Below are positions 1 through 12,276 of a DNA stretch of 64,000 nucleotides, in pieces. Source of the stretch: the human T2T-CHM13v2.0 reference genome, Homo sapiens. The stretch lies in NCBI RefSeq assembly GCF_009914755.1, contig NC_060926.1; one strand, given 5' to 3'. The notes beneath the pieces are model-generated. The model was given only the letters and a program-made list of their open reading frames with translations. It made no database searches and had not been told where the DNA came from. A program made the translations under genes and the position numbers. Every line of letters starts with the position of its first letter. Position 1 is the first letter of the stretch.

Positions 1-454
1 AGATGAAGAAAAACCCCAACAGTGAATAACTCGGAAGAGTTTCCAACATGTGGGTGTTTTTCTGGGACCAAAGATCAGGAAGATTCCAAATGTAAACAAT
101 CCCAAAATAACTCAGCTCTCCCAACCCCAGGCATTCCCAGGACTGGATGTCCACACTCCTTCTCTTTCCCTCAGGGAACCCAAGGTCAGGGAGAGGTGGC
201 AGGGCTTGTGTATTGGGAAGAGTTGCTGGGGACTTCAGGCAAAGTAAAGGGTCTGCCTTTACTTTGTAAAGGCAGGAATTTAGTCTTATTCATCAGATAA
301 CAGTGATTATCTCTTTGTTTGAGAGAGGGGCTTCTTCCTGTCTCATCAGACCAGATTGCCCTGGGATTAGAGACCATGACTATGACTTTTTTTTTTTTTT
401 TTTGCTCAGAGTCATATCCCATCGTGCTTAAACCAAGCTCCTGAGATTTCTTGC

Positions 455-670
455 CAGCATAATGTAATGGAAAGAACATGGACTTTGAAGTCACACAGGG
501 TTGGAATCTTGGCTCCACTGCTTATTAACTGTGTGGCCTTGAGTACATTATTTAGCATCTGGGAATCTCAGTTACCTCCTTATAAAACCGGGGCAATGAT
601 TCTTACCCAAGAAGATCCTCTTTCTAACACACCTAGTATGATGCCTCTTGCCTAGAAAGGGCTCAACACA
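455..670 (+). mobile_element. MIR SINE (degraded)
   Basis: MIR core-like text: ggactttgaagtcacacagggttggaatcttggctccactgcttattaactgtgtggccttgag...tctcagttacctcc. Confidence 0.75.
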
Positions 671-874
671 TGTTCCCTGTCCCCTTCTCTCTACCCATGA
701 ATGTGACTTGAGCTGGAGAAATCAGTAACTTCTTTTCTACCACTTTCTTTTCTGAAAGAAGTAGAGTATGTGTGTTCAAATGTGGAAATCACTTCTTTAT
801 GTTACTGAAAATCACTATGGCAACTCATGAGAGAAGGATATATTCAATAAAGAACGTAAAACATCTTTCTAAAG

Positions 875-1175
875 GAGATAATGCTGGAGGATGGTTCAAG
901 TCTTGGTGAAAATGATGGAGGTGATGACAGTGTAGTTGATGGTGAGATAATGATGGTGAAGAGAGTGGTGGTGGTGGCAGAAGTGACCGTAGTGATAAAA
1001 ATCATGGAGGAGATGATGGAGAAGGTTCATAAAGTGATGGTAGAGGTAGTGGTAAAAGTGGTAATGGAGGCTATGATGCAGGTAATGGGGAAGTAAAGGT
1101 GAGGATAGTGGTGGTGATGGGGATAAAAGTGATTGATGGTGATGGTGGTGATGAAGGCTATGTTAGAGGTGACAA
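875..1175 (+). repeat. Degenerate (GAT/GGT)n GA-rich low-complexity tract
   Basis: Continuous gatggt/gtggtg/gatgat triplets; explains the V/M/E-rich ORF 881..1096. Confidence 0.85.
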
Positions 1176-2417
1176 TGTTTGCTTGTTTAGGATGATGGAT
1201 AAGTTACACTTGATTTGGTGTCATGGTGAGACAGGGTGATTTGTGATCAGGACTACCTCAACCAGTCTTCCACTCCAGTAGATGAAGGCACAGAGAAGGC
1301 AGGCAAAGCAAGGTAGAAGAATGCTTTATGATTAACTGTTACTTTGGCCCTAAACTACAATAGGGGACATTAAACTTCTTAATTGTAGCTGATTGAACAC
1401 ACATGTTTATTTTGGCTACCTCCAGAAGCCCCACTAAAATGTCATTAATATAGTTTTTTTTAAAGGCATAAATCCACAAGGAAAAAGAGAATGGGAAAGG
1501 AAACATCAGCAAATAAGAGAAGCTAACAATTTGGAAATTAGAAAGTAGATGGATGAATGGTATCTGACTTAGCAGACCACAGAAAACTGAAACCCAAGAC
1601 TGCAAGGGTGTGCGGGTAGATGGTAGAAACCAACAGGTAGCAAACTATTTCTAGCCACAGAATCCTACAGAGGACTGGGAGTTGGAGGCACCAGTTACTT
1701 CTGAAGGCACAGATTCAGAGTAAGGCTGAAAAATGGGAGGGTTGATTGCAAGTTTTTTAAAGAAGCAGTAAGAACCTCCCCATCCCAGATGTATTCCTTT
1801 ACTCTGTTCATTCAGGTAATCGTCCCTTCCCAGGCTGGCAGAAAACAGAGAATTTATGCTCTGAGATGTTAAACCAGAAAGGTTCTGGGCACAGGGGCAC
1901 CAGACACAGTTGAGGGAGGAGAGAGGAGCCAATATGAAAACAGGGATATTAAGGATAAATTTGTTTTCTGAAAGGTGAGGCTGTTAGCTCTCTTCTCATT
2001 CAAATCCCAGAATACTGGTAGCCAGGTTAATATTACATGAGCAAGACATTCGAAGAAACTTTCCTGGGAAAAGTTTTCTCAGAAAAACTTCTCTTGATTT
2101 TCCCAAGAGAAAAGACTTAAGAGTTGTTGACATTTGGTCTCCCAGGGAAACTGTGAGCCCACTCAGCCACTCGATGGTAAAGCCCACCTGTCGGTACCTT
2201 TCTCTCTTCTCCCACTGCTTTCAATCAAGATTTTAATGTCTCACACTTTGACATAAATGGGGACCTAATAATTACTTGACATTTAAGAAAGTCCTTCAAC
2301 ATGAAAGGCAGAGTTCAAAACAAAGAGGAAAAAGGAGGGTAAAGGAAACAATGAAGAAAAAAAACAGCACAGAAATTACAACTAACATTTTCAGAATGAT
2401 GAAATGAGGTGAAATTA

Positions 2418-2719
2418 CTTTTATTTTTAAATTTATTATTATTTTTTTGAGACGCTGTCACCCAGGTTGGAGTGCAGTAGCGTGATCTCAGCTCACTGCA
2501 AACTCCGCCTCCCGGGTTAAAGCGAGTCTCCTGCCTCAGCCTCCTGAGTAGCTGGGATTACAGGCATGCACCACCACATTTGGCTAATTTTTTATATTTT
2601 TAGTAGGGACGAGTTTCACCATATTGGCCAGGCTGGTCTTGAACTCCTGACCTCATGATCTGCCAGCCTTGGCCTCCCAAAATGCTGGGATTACAGGTGT
2701 GAGCCACCGCACCCTGCCC
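2418..2719 (-). mobile_element. AluS-type SINE
   Basis: T-rich tail, then reverse-complement Alu dimer ending ...gtgagccaccgcaccctgccc. Confidence 0.95.
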
Positions 2720-2727
2720 ATTTTAAA

Positions 2728-3021
2728 ATTTTTTTTTAGAAGACAAGGTCTCACTCTGTTGCCCAGGCTGGAGGGCAGTAGTACAACTGTAGCTTACTAT
2801 AGGCTTGAACTCCTGGGTGCAAGCGATCTTCTCACTTCAGCCTCTTGAGTAACTAGTACTACAGGTGTATGCTACCATGCCTGGCTAATTTTTAAATTTT
2901 TTGTAGAGATGGGGTCTCGCTTTGTTGCTCAGGCTGGTCTCAAACTCCTGGCCTCAAGTGATCTTCCTATCTTGGCTTCTCAAAGCACTGGGACTATAGG
3001 TGTAAGCCACTGTACTCAGCC
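2728..3021 (-). mobile_element. AluJ-type SINE, tandem with the preceding Alu
   Basis: Poly-T, then gggtctcgctttgttgctcaggctggtctcaaactcctggcctcaagtgatc; highly diverged. Confidence 0.93.
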
Positions 3022-4969
3022 AATGCCTCTCTTAAATGAGAATCAAATGTTATATTTTTTAAAGGAACATAAAAAAGAAATACAAATATAACATTCCTAT
3101 TTGATTTAAAGATCAAATCAAAACAGAAGAAGGGTTGGAAGATAAAGTAAAGACAAATTCCCAAAAGGTAGAACAAAAATACCAAAGAAATGGAAATTGA
3201 CAGAAAAAGTTAGATTATCAGTCTAGGAGTGGCATTCACAACTGTAAGTCCTAGAGAGAAATAGAATAAAGGAAGGAGATGAAACTACCAAAAGAAAAAT
3301 ATAAGAAATTTCCTAGAACTATAAAACATGAATTTAGAGATGGAAAATTTTCTATGAGTACATGACAAGCTGAATTAAAAAATATCAACCAAACCAAGAA
3401 ACAATTCAGCCAAAGGCACACTGCAGTGAAATCTCAAAACTCTGGAGACAAAAACTTTAACAATTCCAGAATGAGGAAAATAGTTTATTTACAAATTATT
3501 GGGAGCCAGAATTGCATAAGAGTTCTCAACAACTGCCATATAAGCTAGAAGAAAATAAACAATGCTTTTACATTCTGAGGGAAATGCTTTCCAAACCAGA
3601 GTTCTATACCCAGCCAAACTAACAATTGAGTGTGACAGTAAAAATAAAGATAATTTTAGACATGAATGATCTTTAAAAACTACTTTCTAAGCATCGTTTT
3701 TTAAGGAGGATATTGACAAATGTTATCCATTTTGAATTAGGAAGTAAACCAAGGAAGAGAAAGGAATTGAAGGATCCAACAATCAGGATAGAGTCAAAGG
3801 GAAGTCTGAGAATCATGGAAGGAAAGTTTCAGGATGACAGTCATCCAAATATGTAGAGAACAATCAGTCAGATGGGCCATAAGGATGGAGGACTCATCAG
3901 GAAAGAGATCCACAAGAATAAAATGGAACTGATTGTAATTTACAGTCAAAGGAAATTTTCAGTTCTGTTGGACAGTTTGGGAATGAATTGGTAAATGATA
4001 CATGGAAAATTGAGCAAATGGCAAAACAAGGCAATTACTAACTCCTAGAGAACAAAAAAGTTGTATAAGAATGGAAAGTGGCTCAATTGTGAATGATAGT
4101 CATTGTCATATAGTAATAGTAATGCAAAGCCTGAATATGGCTGTGATCAGTATCAATATTCGTGTCTGTGTGTGTGTGTGTGTCAGAGGGTGATATGTGT
4201 GGGTAAGTGGTAGTGCAAGAGAACTTAATTCTCATCTTCCAGAAGCATCTAGATCAATACTTATTGATAGGTCAAAAGATGAAATCTAAACCTGAAAAAT
4301 GCAAAAATATATTATCATGTCACTTAGAAATAAAACAATTCAAAATGCTTGCCTCAGGAGAAGAGGACTCAGAAGTGAGCAAGATTGGAGCAGAAGTCTG
4401 ATGTTTTTTATTATAAACCTTGTAGAACATTTTACTTTCAAAAATATGTACATGAATTACTTTGATAAAAATAAAGATTTAAATAGAATAAAAAAATGAG
4501 AACTCTAGTGAGCCATGCTAGATGATGTGGAGAACATATTGACCAAATAAGTCAGTCCAAATGGCTCAGAACCAAAATCAGCTAAAAGACCTGCTCCATC
4601 TACTGCCTCTAGGTCCAAACCCAAGTCTTGGATATGTCCACACTCACCAGAAAGCCACAAAAGGGAGCTTAAGAAACACAGAAACATCTTGCATTTGCTC
4701 CATTGCTCTGGCCTTTCCAGGACCATGTGGCTGCCACATGGGAGAGAGAGAAGTGGGGAGAAAAGGTTCAAGCCAAAAGCCTTCTCACTGGGGGAGCAGT
4801 CCCCAGCCCTCATACTTCATCCATGTGGGCTAGACATTTAGTCTGGCACACTGTCTCTTCAGTACAGTGCACCATAAGCTCTTCTCAGACCTGAGTAACT
4901 ATTGCCATCCTCCTCCTTGAGGGTAGGACAAGGGGAAGGGAGAGCTGTGAATGACTCCTAGAATCCAAC

Positions 4970-5560
4970 AGTGATGGTGGCAGTGAAGTTGAAGGTGATA
5001 GTGTGATGATGGAGTTGACAGAGGTGGAAAAAGTGGCAATGACAGTGGGGGTTTTTATAATGAGCATAAGAGAGGAAGTGACAGGAGAAGGTATAGGCAG
5101 TGATGGTGCCAGTGATAGTGAAAATGATATTGATGATGCTGTTGGAGATAATGGTGAAATAGTTACAGTGCTATGACAAAAGTGATTGTATTAGTGACGA
5201 TAGAAGTGATAGTGGCAGCAAAGGCAGACATGACAGAGGAGGTGCTATTAGCAAAGATAGTGGAGGTGATACAGTGGCAGTAGTGGTGGTGGTTTGAGAG
5301 AGATGGTAATAATGGGACTGATGGCAGTAATGAGGGTGATGCAAGGGGAGGGGTTAGGAATAAGGATAGCATTGATAATTACGGCAATGAAAGTGGAAAT
5401 AAGCGGTGGTACTTAGTGATGACAATGATGGGGATGGTGGGAGTGATAGCAGAATTGTTGTTGCAAGTGGTAGCGATGGGAATGTTGGCAAAGATGATTG
5501 AATCTCATAGTAGTGGGGATGGTGGAATTGGAAATGACGGCAATGATGGTAGCTGCAGCA
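4970..5560 (+). repeat. Degenerate (GAT/GGT)n GA-rich low-complexity tract
   Basis: Long run of gatggt/gtgata/gcagtg triplets. Confidence 0.8.
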
Positions 5561-5629
5561 ATCGCAGACACTATTGTAAACAGGAGGATATTAAGATCAA
5601 AGACAGATATATATGTAGGGCATCTAAAG

Positions 5630-5858
5630 TCATTAGTTTAGTCAGGCTAGATTATGCTGCAGTAACAGCCAGCTCCCACATCTTAGGGAGTTTGCACAGC
5701 AAAAGTTAAATCCTCATACGAAATGTTTAAAATAGGTTAGAAGGGGGACCTGCTCTCATTGTCACCTATGGACCTGTGCTGACGAAGGATCCAATTTGGT
5801 GTGCTCTTAGGATCACCATGGCAGTAAGGAGAGAATGTAATGAGTTATGCACTGTTTC
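5630..5858 (-). mobile_element. MLT1-type MaLR LTR fragment
   Basis: Terminal motif tagtcaggctagattatgctgcagtaaca typical of reverse-oriented old MLT1 LTRs. Confidence 0.6.
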
Positions 5859-6247
5859 TGTGTTGGTCAGCTTGGGCTAGGTTATAGTGTGGTAATGAAA
5901 GACTCCAAAATTTCTATAGCCTTTACCAACAGAATTTCTCACTCGCACTCTCTAGACACTGTGGGTTGGCCGTGGCTGTGCTCCTCATCATTTTCACTCT
6001 GGGATCAAGGCTGATGGTTCAGCCTCCATCTGTAACTTTGCCAGTCTTGTGGCAGAGGAAAAAGAGAATATGGTTAAACATGTGCTGGATTTTCAAGCTT
6101 CTGCTCAGAAGTGACACGTATCATTTCTGCCTACATTTTATTGGCTAAAGCAAAACTAATTTCAAAAGAGACAGGGAAATATAATCTTCTTAGGTGCCTG
6201 GAAAGAGGATAACTGGAATTTTTGTGAACTCTCTAATGACTATGATA
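5859..6247 (-). mobile_element. MLT1 (K/L-like) MaLR solo LTR
   Basis: gggctaggttatagtg...gaagtgacacgtatcatttctgcctacattttattggctaaagcaa...taatgactatgata. Confidence 0.75.
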
Positions 6248-6739
6248 GGCACTGTTTGCTCATGGAGTGTGGGAGGTAGAAAGAGCAATGGAGGAATTAC
6301 GTAAGGCTGGTATGGTCATGGGGGAGGAACTTGGCCAATGTGGAGGGGCTTAGGGATGAGGGGAAAACAATTTAGAGGAAGGAAACACCAGGAGCAAGAG
6401 ACAGGACAAGTCATGGCAAAGTCCACAAACCTGCTTGCCATTGGTCCTTGGTTTTTCTGGTATTTCTGGTTTCCCAGAAATCCAACAGATTCTGAGAATG
6501 TTTGTTTGGAGCACAACATTCACTGAGAGAAGCAGCAGATGATAAGGATGGAAAGATCGGTAGATCCAGAGCCTGAAGGGGATTCAAATGCCATGCTCAG
6601 ATGTTTTGCAACATAAACCATAAATAAAATGCACCATAGTTAAATAAGGTTGGGGAATGCTGTATGCTTTGTCCCCCTTTTGTACATTGGTTCTCTTTAC
6701 ATCAGGAAGCTCTCTGGTGACAACACTGCAATCCTCAAT

Positions 6740-6990
6740 ATAGGGCTTCCAAAGTCACCCCGGGTGTCAACATCCTAGTCAATGGGAGGAAAAAGAACAA
6801 GGAATGGCCCATGGGAGGTTATTAATAGGCCAGGCCAGGAAGTGGTGCACATCACTTCTACTCAGATATCACTGGAGATAACTTAGTCACATAGATGCAC
6901 CTAATGACAAGGGAGGCTGGGAAGTATAGTCTGAATGTTTGCCCAAATCCAGAGAGATGAGATTTTGGAGGACATGTAACAGTTGCTTCA
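6740..6990 (-). mobile_element. MLT1 (J/K-like) LTR fragment
   Basis: ggaagtggtgcacatcacttc...agtcacatagatgcacctaatgacaagggaggctgggaagtatagtct. Confidence 0.7.
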
Positions 6991-7159
6991 TGAGAACTCA
7001 CTTCAAATCTTTGAAGGACTTGAATGTGAACAAGGGCCAAAACTTTCTGAGTATTGCTTCAGAAGAGAGAAACATACAAAGAGGCAGGCGTTGGCTCAAT
7101 GAATGGAAGGAAGGACTTTCTTGACCGTTTTATCAGAATCGCAAATTATCAGGATTAGG

Positions 7160-7290
7160 AATGACCTGGGAGTTCAACCCACCTCTGAGGCTTGAACCCC
7201 GCTTCTAAGAACTCTGTTTAGAAACCTCCAGCAGTGGAGCACTCTCCATGTATGGAGCAACCTCTTCCATTTCCTAAAAGTTCTGATGGC
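7160..7290 (-). mobile_element. Possible CR1/L3 LINE fragment
   Basis: aaacctccagcagtggagcactctcc...cttccatttcctaaaagttct resembles the L3 3' region; very diverged. Confidence 0.35.
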
Positions 7291-8486
7291 CTAATTCACA
7301 CGGAATTGCACGGCAGCCTTTACTTATGCTCCGGGGGGTGATGTTTTAGGGGTTAGATCCCTGCAAGTGCAGCTTAGGTGATAGCGTCAAGAGTGATCTC
7401 TAGACCTTACTGTTCTGAAAAGTATTTTAGTCTGCTGCTCATTCTCACTGGCTGTGTTTCTTTGCAGACCCGGCCCTGCTGCTGTACTGCCCAGCCCAGC
7501 CCCTCTCCCCAGGTCCCAGGCATCCTTTTTTGGTCCCTTGGATTCTCTCCAAAATCTGTCAACTTTTTGTTTTTCTATGCTGGGCAATTTATTTCACTTT
7601 GCCTTCCGTCTCTCTTCCGAGGCCGGCTTTGCCACCATGTGGTCCTCCGAGGTGCTTAGTTTAACACTAAGGTATCTACTTAAAAGAGGCATTATATCAT
7701 AGGAAATGGAATTACTGCAGTTAGGGTGTTAAATGACTTTTGGCTCCCACCCCTCTCCCCATTCATCTAGTTTTTCATTTAGCACCTTATTTATTGAGCA
7801 CTTACTGTATGCTGGGCAATAGTAGGTAAAATATTTAGCACACATCAAGGCTTCAGTGACTGGTAACTCATTTTTTTCCCTCTCTTCCCTTAGAAAATCC
7901 TCCCTGCTGGTGAAATGACACTTCCCACCTTGAAACCTCTAGTTCTGGGTGCTGAAAGAGAGCTGTCCAGCTGAAGGATTGGCTGCCCCTTGTCCCTCAG
8001 ATTCCCACAATGGAGACTCTATAATGGGGAGGGGTCAGGCCCAAGTGTTCAAACTTCAGGGCCACTTTTGGCCTTTAACATTTCTGATTGACAATGGCAA
8101 TAACCCTGACAATCTGGTATGCCCTGTAAGACAAGAAATCTAGTCTTTAAAACTGATAAACTCACAGGGTTCTGGGCAAAGTGATCCAGGGGTGTCTGGT
8201 TTAGCCCCCTAGGTGCCAGATCTGACAAGGTGTTCCTGTATCTTCCTTGTCTCTTGGCTTGGCTTTCGGAGATGCAATGGGGTGGCAATGGGCTGACTTC
8301 CTTCTGCAGCACCCTCTTGGGAAGCAGCATGAATTTGTTTAGACTAGAATGTCTTTAGCAGAACTGTTCTTCTACAAGGACCTGGCTCCCAGTTAGCCAC
8401 CCAAATGGTCAGATGACTATAGCAGTCCCACTCCCCACCCAAGGACCCTTCTGCACAGTTATTTTCCCAGCCGTAGGATTGGGTCT

Positions 8487-8859
8487 TGTATTAGTCCATT
8501 CTCATGCTGCTATAAAGAACTGCCTGAGACTGGGTAATTCATAAATGAAAAAAGTGTAATTGACTTACAGTTCACAGGGCTGGAGAGGCCCCAGGAAACT
8601 TACAGTAATGGCAGAAGGGGAAGCAAACACGTGCTTCTTCACATGGTGGCAGGAAGGAGAAGTGCCGAGCAAAGGGGGAAAAGCCCCTTGTAAAACCATC
8701 AGATCTTGTGAGAACTCACTCACTATCACGAGAAGAGCATGGGGGTAACCATCCCCATGATTCAATTACCTTCCACCAGGTCCCTCTCACAACACATGGG
8801 GATTACGGGAACTACCATTCAAGATGAGATTTGGGTGGGGACACAGCCAAACCATGTCA
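8487..8859 (-). mobile_element. THE1 (C/D-like) MaLR solo LTR
   Basis: tgtattagtcc...ggggacacagccaaaccatgtca; perfect 5-bp TSD GGTCT at 8482-8486 and 8860-8864. Confidence 0.95.
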
Positions 8860-9049
8860 GGTCTGCAGGTCTGCAGCACTTCCTAGAGCACCCTTCACAT
8901 TGCAGTTGTAAATGGGCTTGTGCTCCTAGGGGAGCCAGGCTTAAAGGCTACAATGTGAATGGTGCCAGGGGGCACCATTGTTTTTTATTTGCATTAATGT
9001 TATGTTCTCTTTGAGTGCAAAGAACTTTGAGGTCTCAAAGCTCACCTCT

Positions 9050-9225
9050 GTGCTTTCAATAGATCCTCACTTTAAGGTCAGGTGGCATTTCCATTTAATA
9101 GAAAGAAAACTGAGGCTCTGAGAAAGAAAGTGGCTTCTCCAGGGTCACAGAGCTAAGAAGTGGTGGAGGAGGAGCTAGGGCCGTATCTCTGACTCTTAGC
9201 ACAGTGCTCTGTCTGTAGCATAATG
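9050..9225 (-). mobile_element. MIR SINE
   Basis: ccatttaatagaaagaaaactgaggctctgaga...cagggtcacagagctaagaagtgg. Confidence 0.8.
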
Positions 9226-9669
9226 TGAAAGTTCCTTGTCTCCGACCATGATGCTCCCAGCCCCACCAGGCTCCTGCCACTAACCTCCTGTCTCCTATTC
9301 CGTTTGAGTCCAGGCCTCTCATTTCCAGAGCAAATCTGTGATAATAGTTTGGGCTGATGGGAGAGGACAGAGGTGCATGCTCTCCTCCAGGAAACACAAG
9401 TGTCTTTTCTTAGGGGCCTGATCATGGAGGACTCCATTGGTACCCTAATGGGAAGTGAAGAGGGAAGGTAGCACGCCTGCCTCTGGCCCAGGATAAAGCA
9501 AGGGAGGCAGAAGCAGTGCTGGGGTGGGGGCGTATCTCTGGCCCCCCACATCCCACATTCCACCTTGAGTCCACATCCAGCCCCCTTCTTGTCCTCTTCA
9601 CTGTCTGTCACATGCTCCTGACATCTAGAAATCTGAGATGCCTGGAAAAGAGGGGAAGAGGCAGCAAGC

Positions 9670-9940
9670 ACGATGAGCTCATCTGTGCCGGCCGGCGCCG
9701 GGCGCCCCTGCGGGACCCTTTTTCCATGTCGGGGTCCAGGCTCCTCGGGTGACGATGACTTCAGGGCTGGAGATTCCCCACTGGCCTCCCTGAGGGATGA
9801 CTGCTGGCTTGTGGTGCATTCCAGCCATGTTCTCCTCAGCCCTGGCGACGTGAGAACCAGAGCCCATGACCCTCTGTCTCCCGGCTACTCTCCAGGGGAG
9901 CCTGGGGCCCAGCGTGTGGCTGGCCATCCAGGCGGCACCT
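9670..9940. promoter_or_regulatory. Small CpG-retaining GC-rich patch (candidate regulatory element)
   Basis: gccggccggcgccgggcgcccctgcggg plus further CpGs in an otherwise CpG-depleted window; too short for a formal CpG island. Confidence 0.35.
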
Positions 9941-9995
9941 ACTCCTGACCCAGACTCTTCCAGTCCCCACTCTTCCTGTTCCAGGGATGGAAAGC

Positions 9996-10298
9996 CCAGG
10001 ACCAAGAGATGGTCCTTCTTCTTCCTTTTGGTCTATCTTCCCCTTCAGCCTTCCTCCCTCCTCCCTTTACCCCCAGCCTGCCCCGAGCCCTTGGCCTTGC
10101 CTGCCCCATAGACTCAGCTCAAACAGAGCCAGTATCCTCAATGGTGATGACGTCCACGAATGCTGTGACTTGAGAGGGGCAGCTGTGTGACAGACCTTTC
10201 TGGAAACTTATCCTTTTCTTCCCAAACCCTTCATGAAGCACCTTACTCCAGGCCTTATCTAGATTCCCCTTCTGTCCAGTCCAAAGCAGCCATTGCCT
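9996..10298 (+). repeat. Donor segment of a local inverted duplication (copy at 13763-14057)
   Basis: Reverse complement aligns along the whole length, e.g. ggtctatcttcccctt vs aaggggaagatagacc and acttatccttttcttccca vs tgggaagaaaaggataagt. Confidence 0.93.
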
Positions 10299-10749
10299 TG
10301 GCAATGCTCTCCTTTCTCCTGGCCCCTTTCATGACCTTAGGGTGTTTCATGGGTCCCTGTGGCCTGGGATGTCCCTACCTATTGGCAGCACCCCTCATTG
10401 CCCCCTTCTTGGCTAACCCAGCCACACTGCTTTAGTCGAGGGCTTAATGTTTTCCACATCATTCCTGAAAAGGTGACTCCTTACCCCCTCTCTCCTACCC
10501 ACACCTCATCTCCTGGCTCTCCATGCCTCTTGAAGTTGCTGTCCACCCTCGCTTCTCCACTCAACCTGCCATCCACAGTGTGGCTGACTCCACTCAGACT
10601 CAGGCCCCTCCACTCTAGTGGACTATGCTCACTGCAGTCACTAGTGCCTCATTGCCAAGTCCTCCTTTGACCTCTGCAAAGCCAATTACACGGACCACAT
10701 CTTCTCCTTGGCCTCTCTGTTACCCCTCTGAACTGATGGAACCTCAAAT

Positions 10750-11125
10750 ACAATTAACCAAGACACAAATTCCTTCCATTCTTGAGTACAAGGCTAGGTG
10801 CATGGCTGGTGCGGTGGTTTGATGGTGTCAGGATCTATTCCTTCTACTCGTGCTGCCATCTTCAATGTGCTTTCATTTCTTGGCCTGGAATGGATGCTCC
10901 AGACCCTGTCATTGGGGAAAAAGAAGAGGAAGGGGATGCCAGCAGCTTCTCTTGAAAGACAGGACTTGGAGGCTGCAATGTCACATCAACTCCCTTCCCC
11001 CTGGCCAGAACACAAGCGCCTGGCCATGTCTCACCGAGGACGATACTCTCCAGGCAGGTGGACATGTACCTGGCTAAAAATCCTATTGCCTGTAAGGAGG
11101 GGAGAACAGATGCAGGGGCGGGGGT
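10750..11125 (-). mobile_element. MLT1 (J-like) LTR
   Basis: ctgccatcttcaatgtg...tggccagaac...tggccatgtc...gtggacatgtacctggctaaaaatcctattgcctgtaaggaggggagaacagatg. Confidence 0.55.
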
Positions 11126-11339
11126 AGGGGAGGGAGGGTGCCTGTCCCTGATGGTTCCTTGTCAGTGTGTTTCATGGGCTGTTTTCCTCTGTCTGCCCCG
11201 TCAAGTGCTGCTGCTCCCAGTGTTCCTGTTTCAGGCCTACTCTCTTCTCTCTCTATGTGTTCCAAGTGGCTAACTTTAGTACAGATGTACCTCCTGACAC
11301 AACACCCACAGTTTCACCTCACAATTGAGAAATTTCTTT

Positions 11340-12160
11340 TGGTGGTCCCACTAGCACCTCAAAATTGATATTCCCCAAACCTAACTCATTATTTGCTTCC
11401 TGAATCTCCTTTTCCTCCTGGGGCCTTTGCTCTTGTGTCTGGCACCCTCCCCTGGTCTCTCTCCATCATTCCCATGTAATCCATTCCTCAAGCTCCCTCA
11501 AAGCCTTTGATTCTCTCCATCTCCACTGCCTTGGTCTATGTCCTGTTCATTTCTCACCTGGCCTCGTAGCTGCCTGCTGGTTGTCCCCTTGACTTCTGTT
11601 TGCATTCACCTTGGGAGATCTATGATGCAGCCATACTCTTTCAAAATGTGCTTTCAATCAAGCCGTTGCCTACTTATAGACCTCCTTGGCTCTCACTGCT
11701 CACAGTGGACCTCCCGCTGGCTGCTCCTTCCCGTCCAACCCCTGGGCTCTGCCTCTTCTTCGTCGTGCTCTGCTGTTCCAAACAGCTTGGTGAGCTCTGA
11801 AAACTGCACATCCTTGTTTTCTGCCTGGGTTTCTGCATCGTCTCATTCTCCTTCTCCTCAACCACATGGCAAACATCCTCTCAGCCCTCAAGACTTGGCC
11901 TAAGTGTCAACCCCTCTGGGAAGCCCCTTCACTCCCCTTTCCATGAATTTTGGGGGGCTGCGGTTTATCTCTGATCCTTGGCCTGCATAGCACAACCTCT
12001 GTCCCATACCAGAATTATGATGATCCATTTATGAATCTGTCTCTCACCTGCCCAGGAGCTCTATGAGGGCAAAATCACATGCTTTCCCTCTCCCAGTCCT
12101 CAGCACCTGGCACGATGCTGGATGATAACAAGCATCCTCAAGGTGTTTGTTGAATGCATG
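11340..12160 (+). mobile_element. L2 LINE 3' portion
   Basis: Pyrimidine-rich L2 body ending ...gagctctatgagggca...cagcacctggcac...gtttgttgaatgcatga (L2 tail). Confidence 0.7.
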
Positions 12161-12168
12161 ACCATGTA

Positions 12169-12276
12169 GCAAGGACCATCGATTGGTCCTGGATTACAGG
12201 CATGAGCCACTGAGCCCAGCCTGATATACATGTATTTTAAACAAAAACTGAGAAATAGAATGAGGTACTAATGGTA
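12169..12276 (+). repeat. Inserted copy of the junction region 14036-14356, flanked by 8-bp direct repeats
   Basis: aaggaccatcgattggtcctggattacaggcatgagccactgagcccagcc...aaactgagaaatagaatgag...aatggta; ACCATGTA at 12161-12168 and 12277-12284. Confidence 0.88.

Larger units (their letters stand above)
1345..4497 (+). mobile_element. Ancient L1-family element with ORF1-like region and no ORF2 (HAL1/L1M-like), interrupted by two Alus
   Basis: A-rich + strand; ORF1 C-terminal motif ctatacccagccaaacta (LYPAKL) at 3604-3621; ends in aaatagaataaaaaaa near 4497; 5' boundary uncertain. Confidence 0.6.

Noticed and set aside
881-1096. V/M/E-rich ORF (also 5416..5709)
   Set aside because: Translation of (GAT/GGT)n low-complexity DNA.
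9996-10298. Donor segment as a novel MITE
   Set aside because: The hairpins are local to each end rather than terminal inverted repeats of one another, and the donor has no TSD; only a genome-wide search could overturn this.
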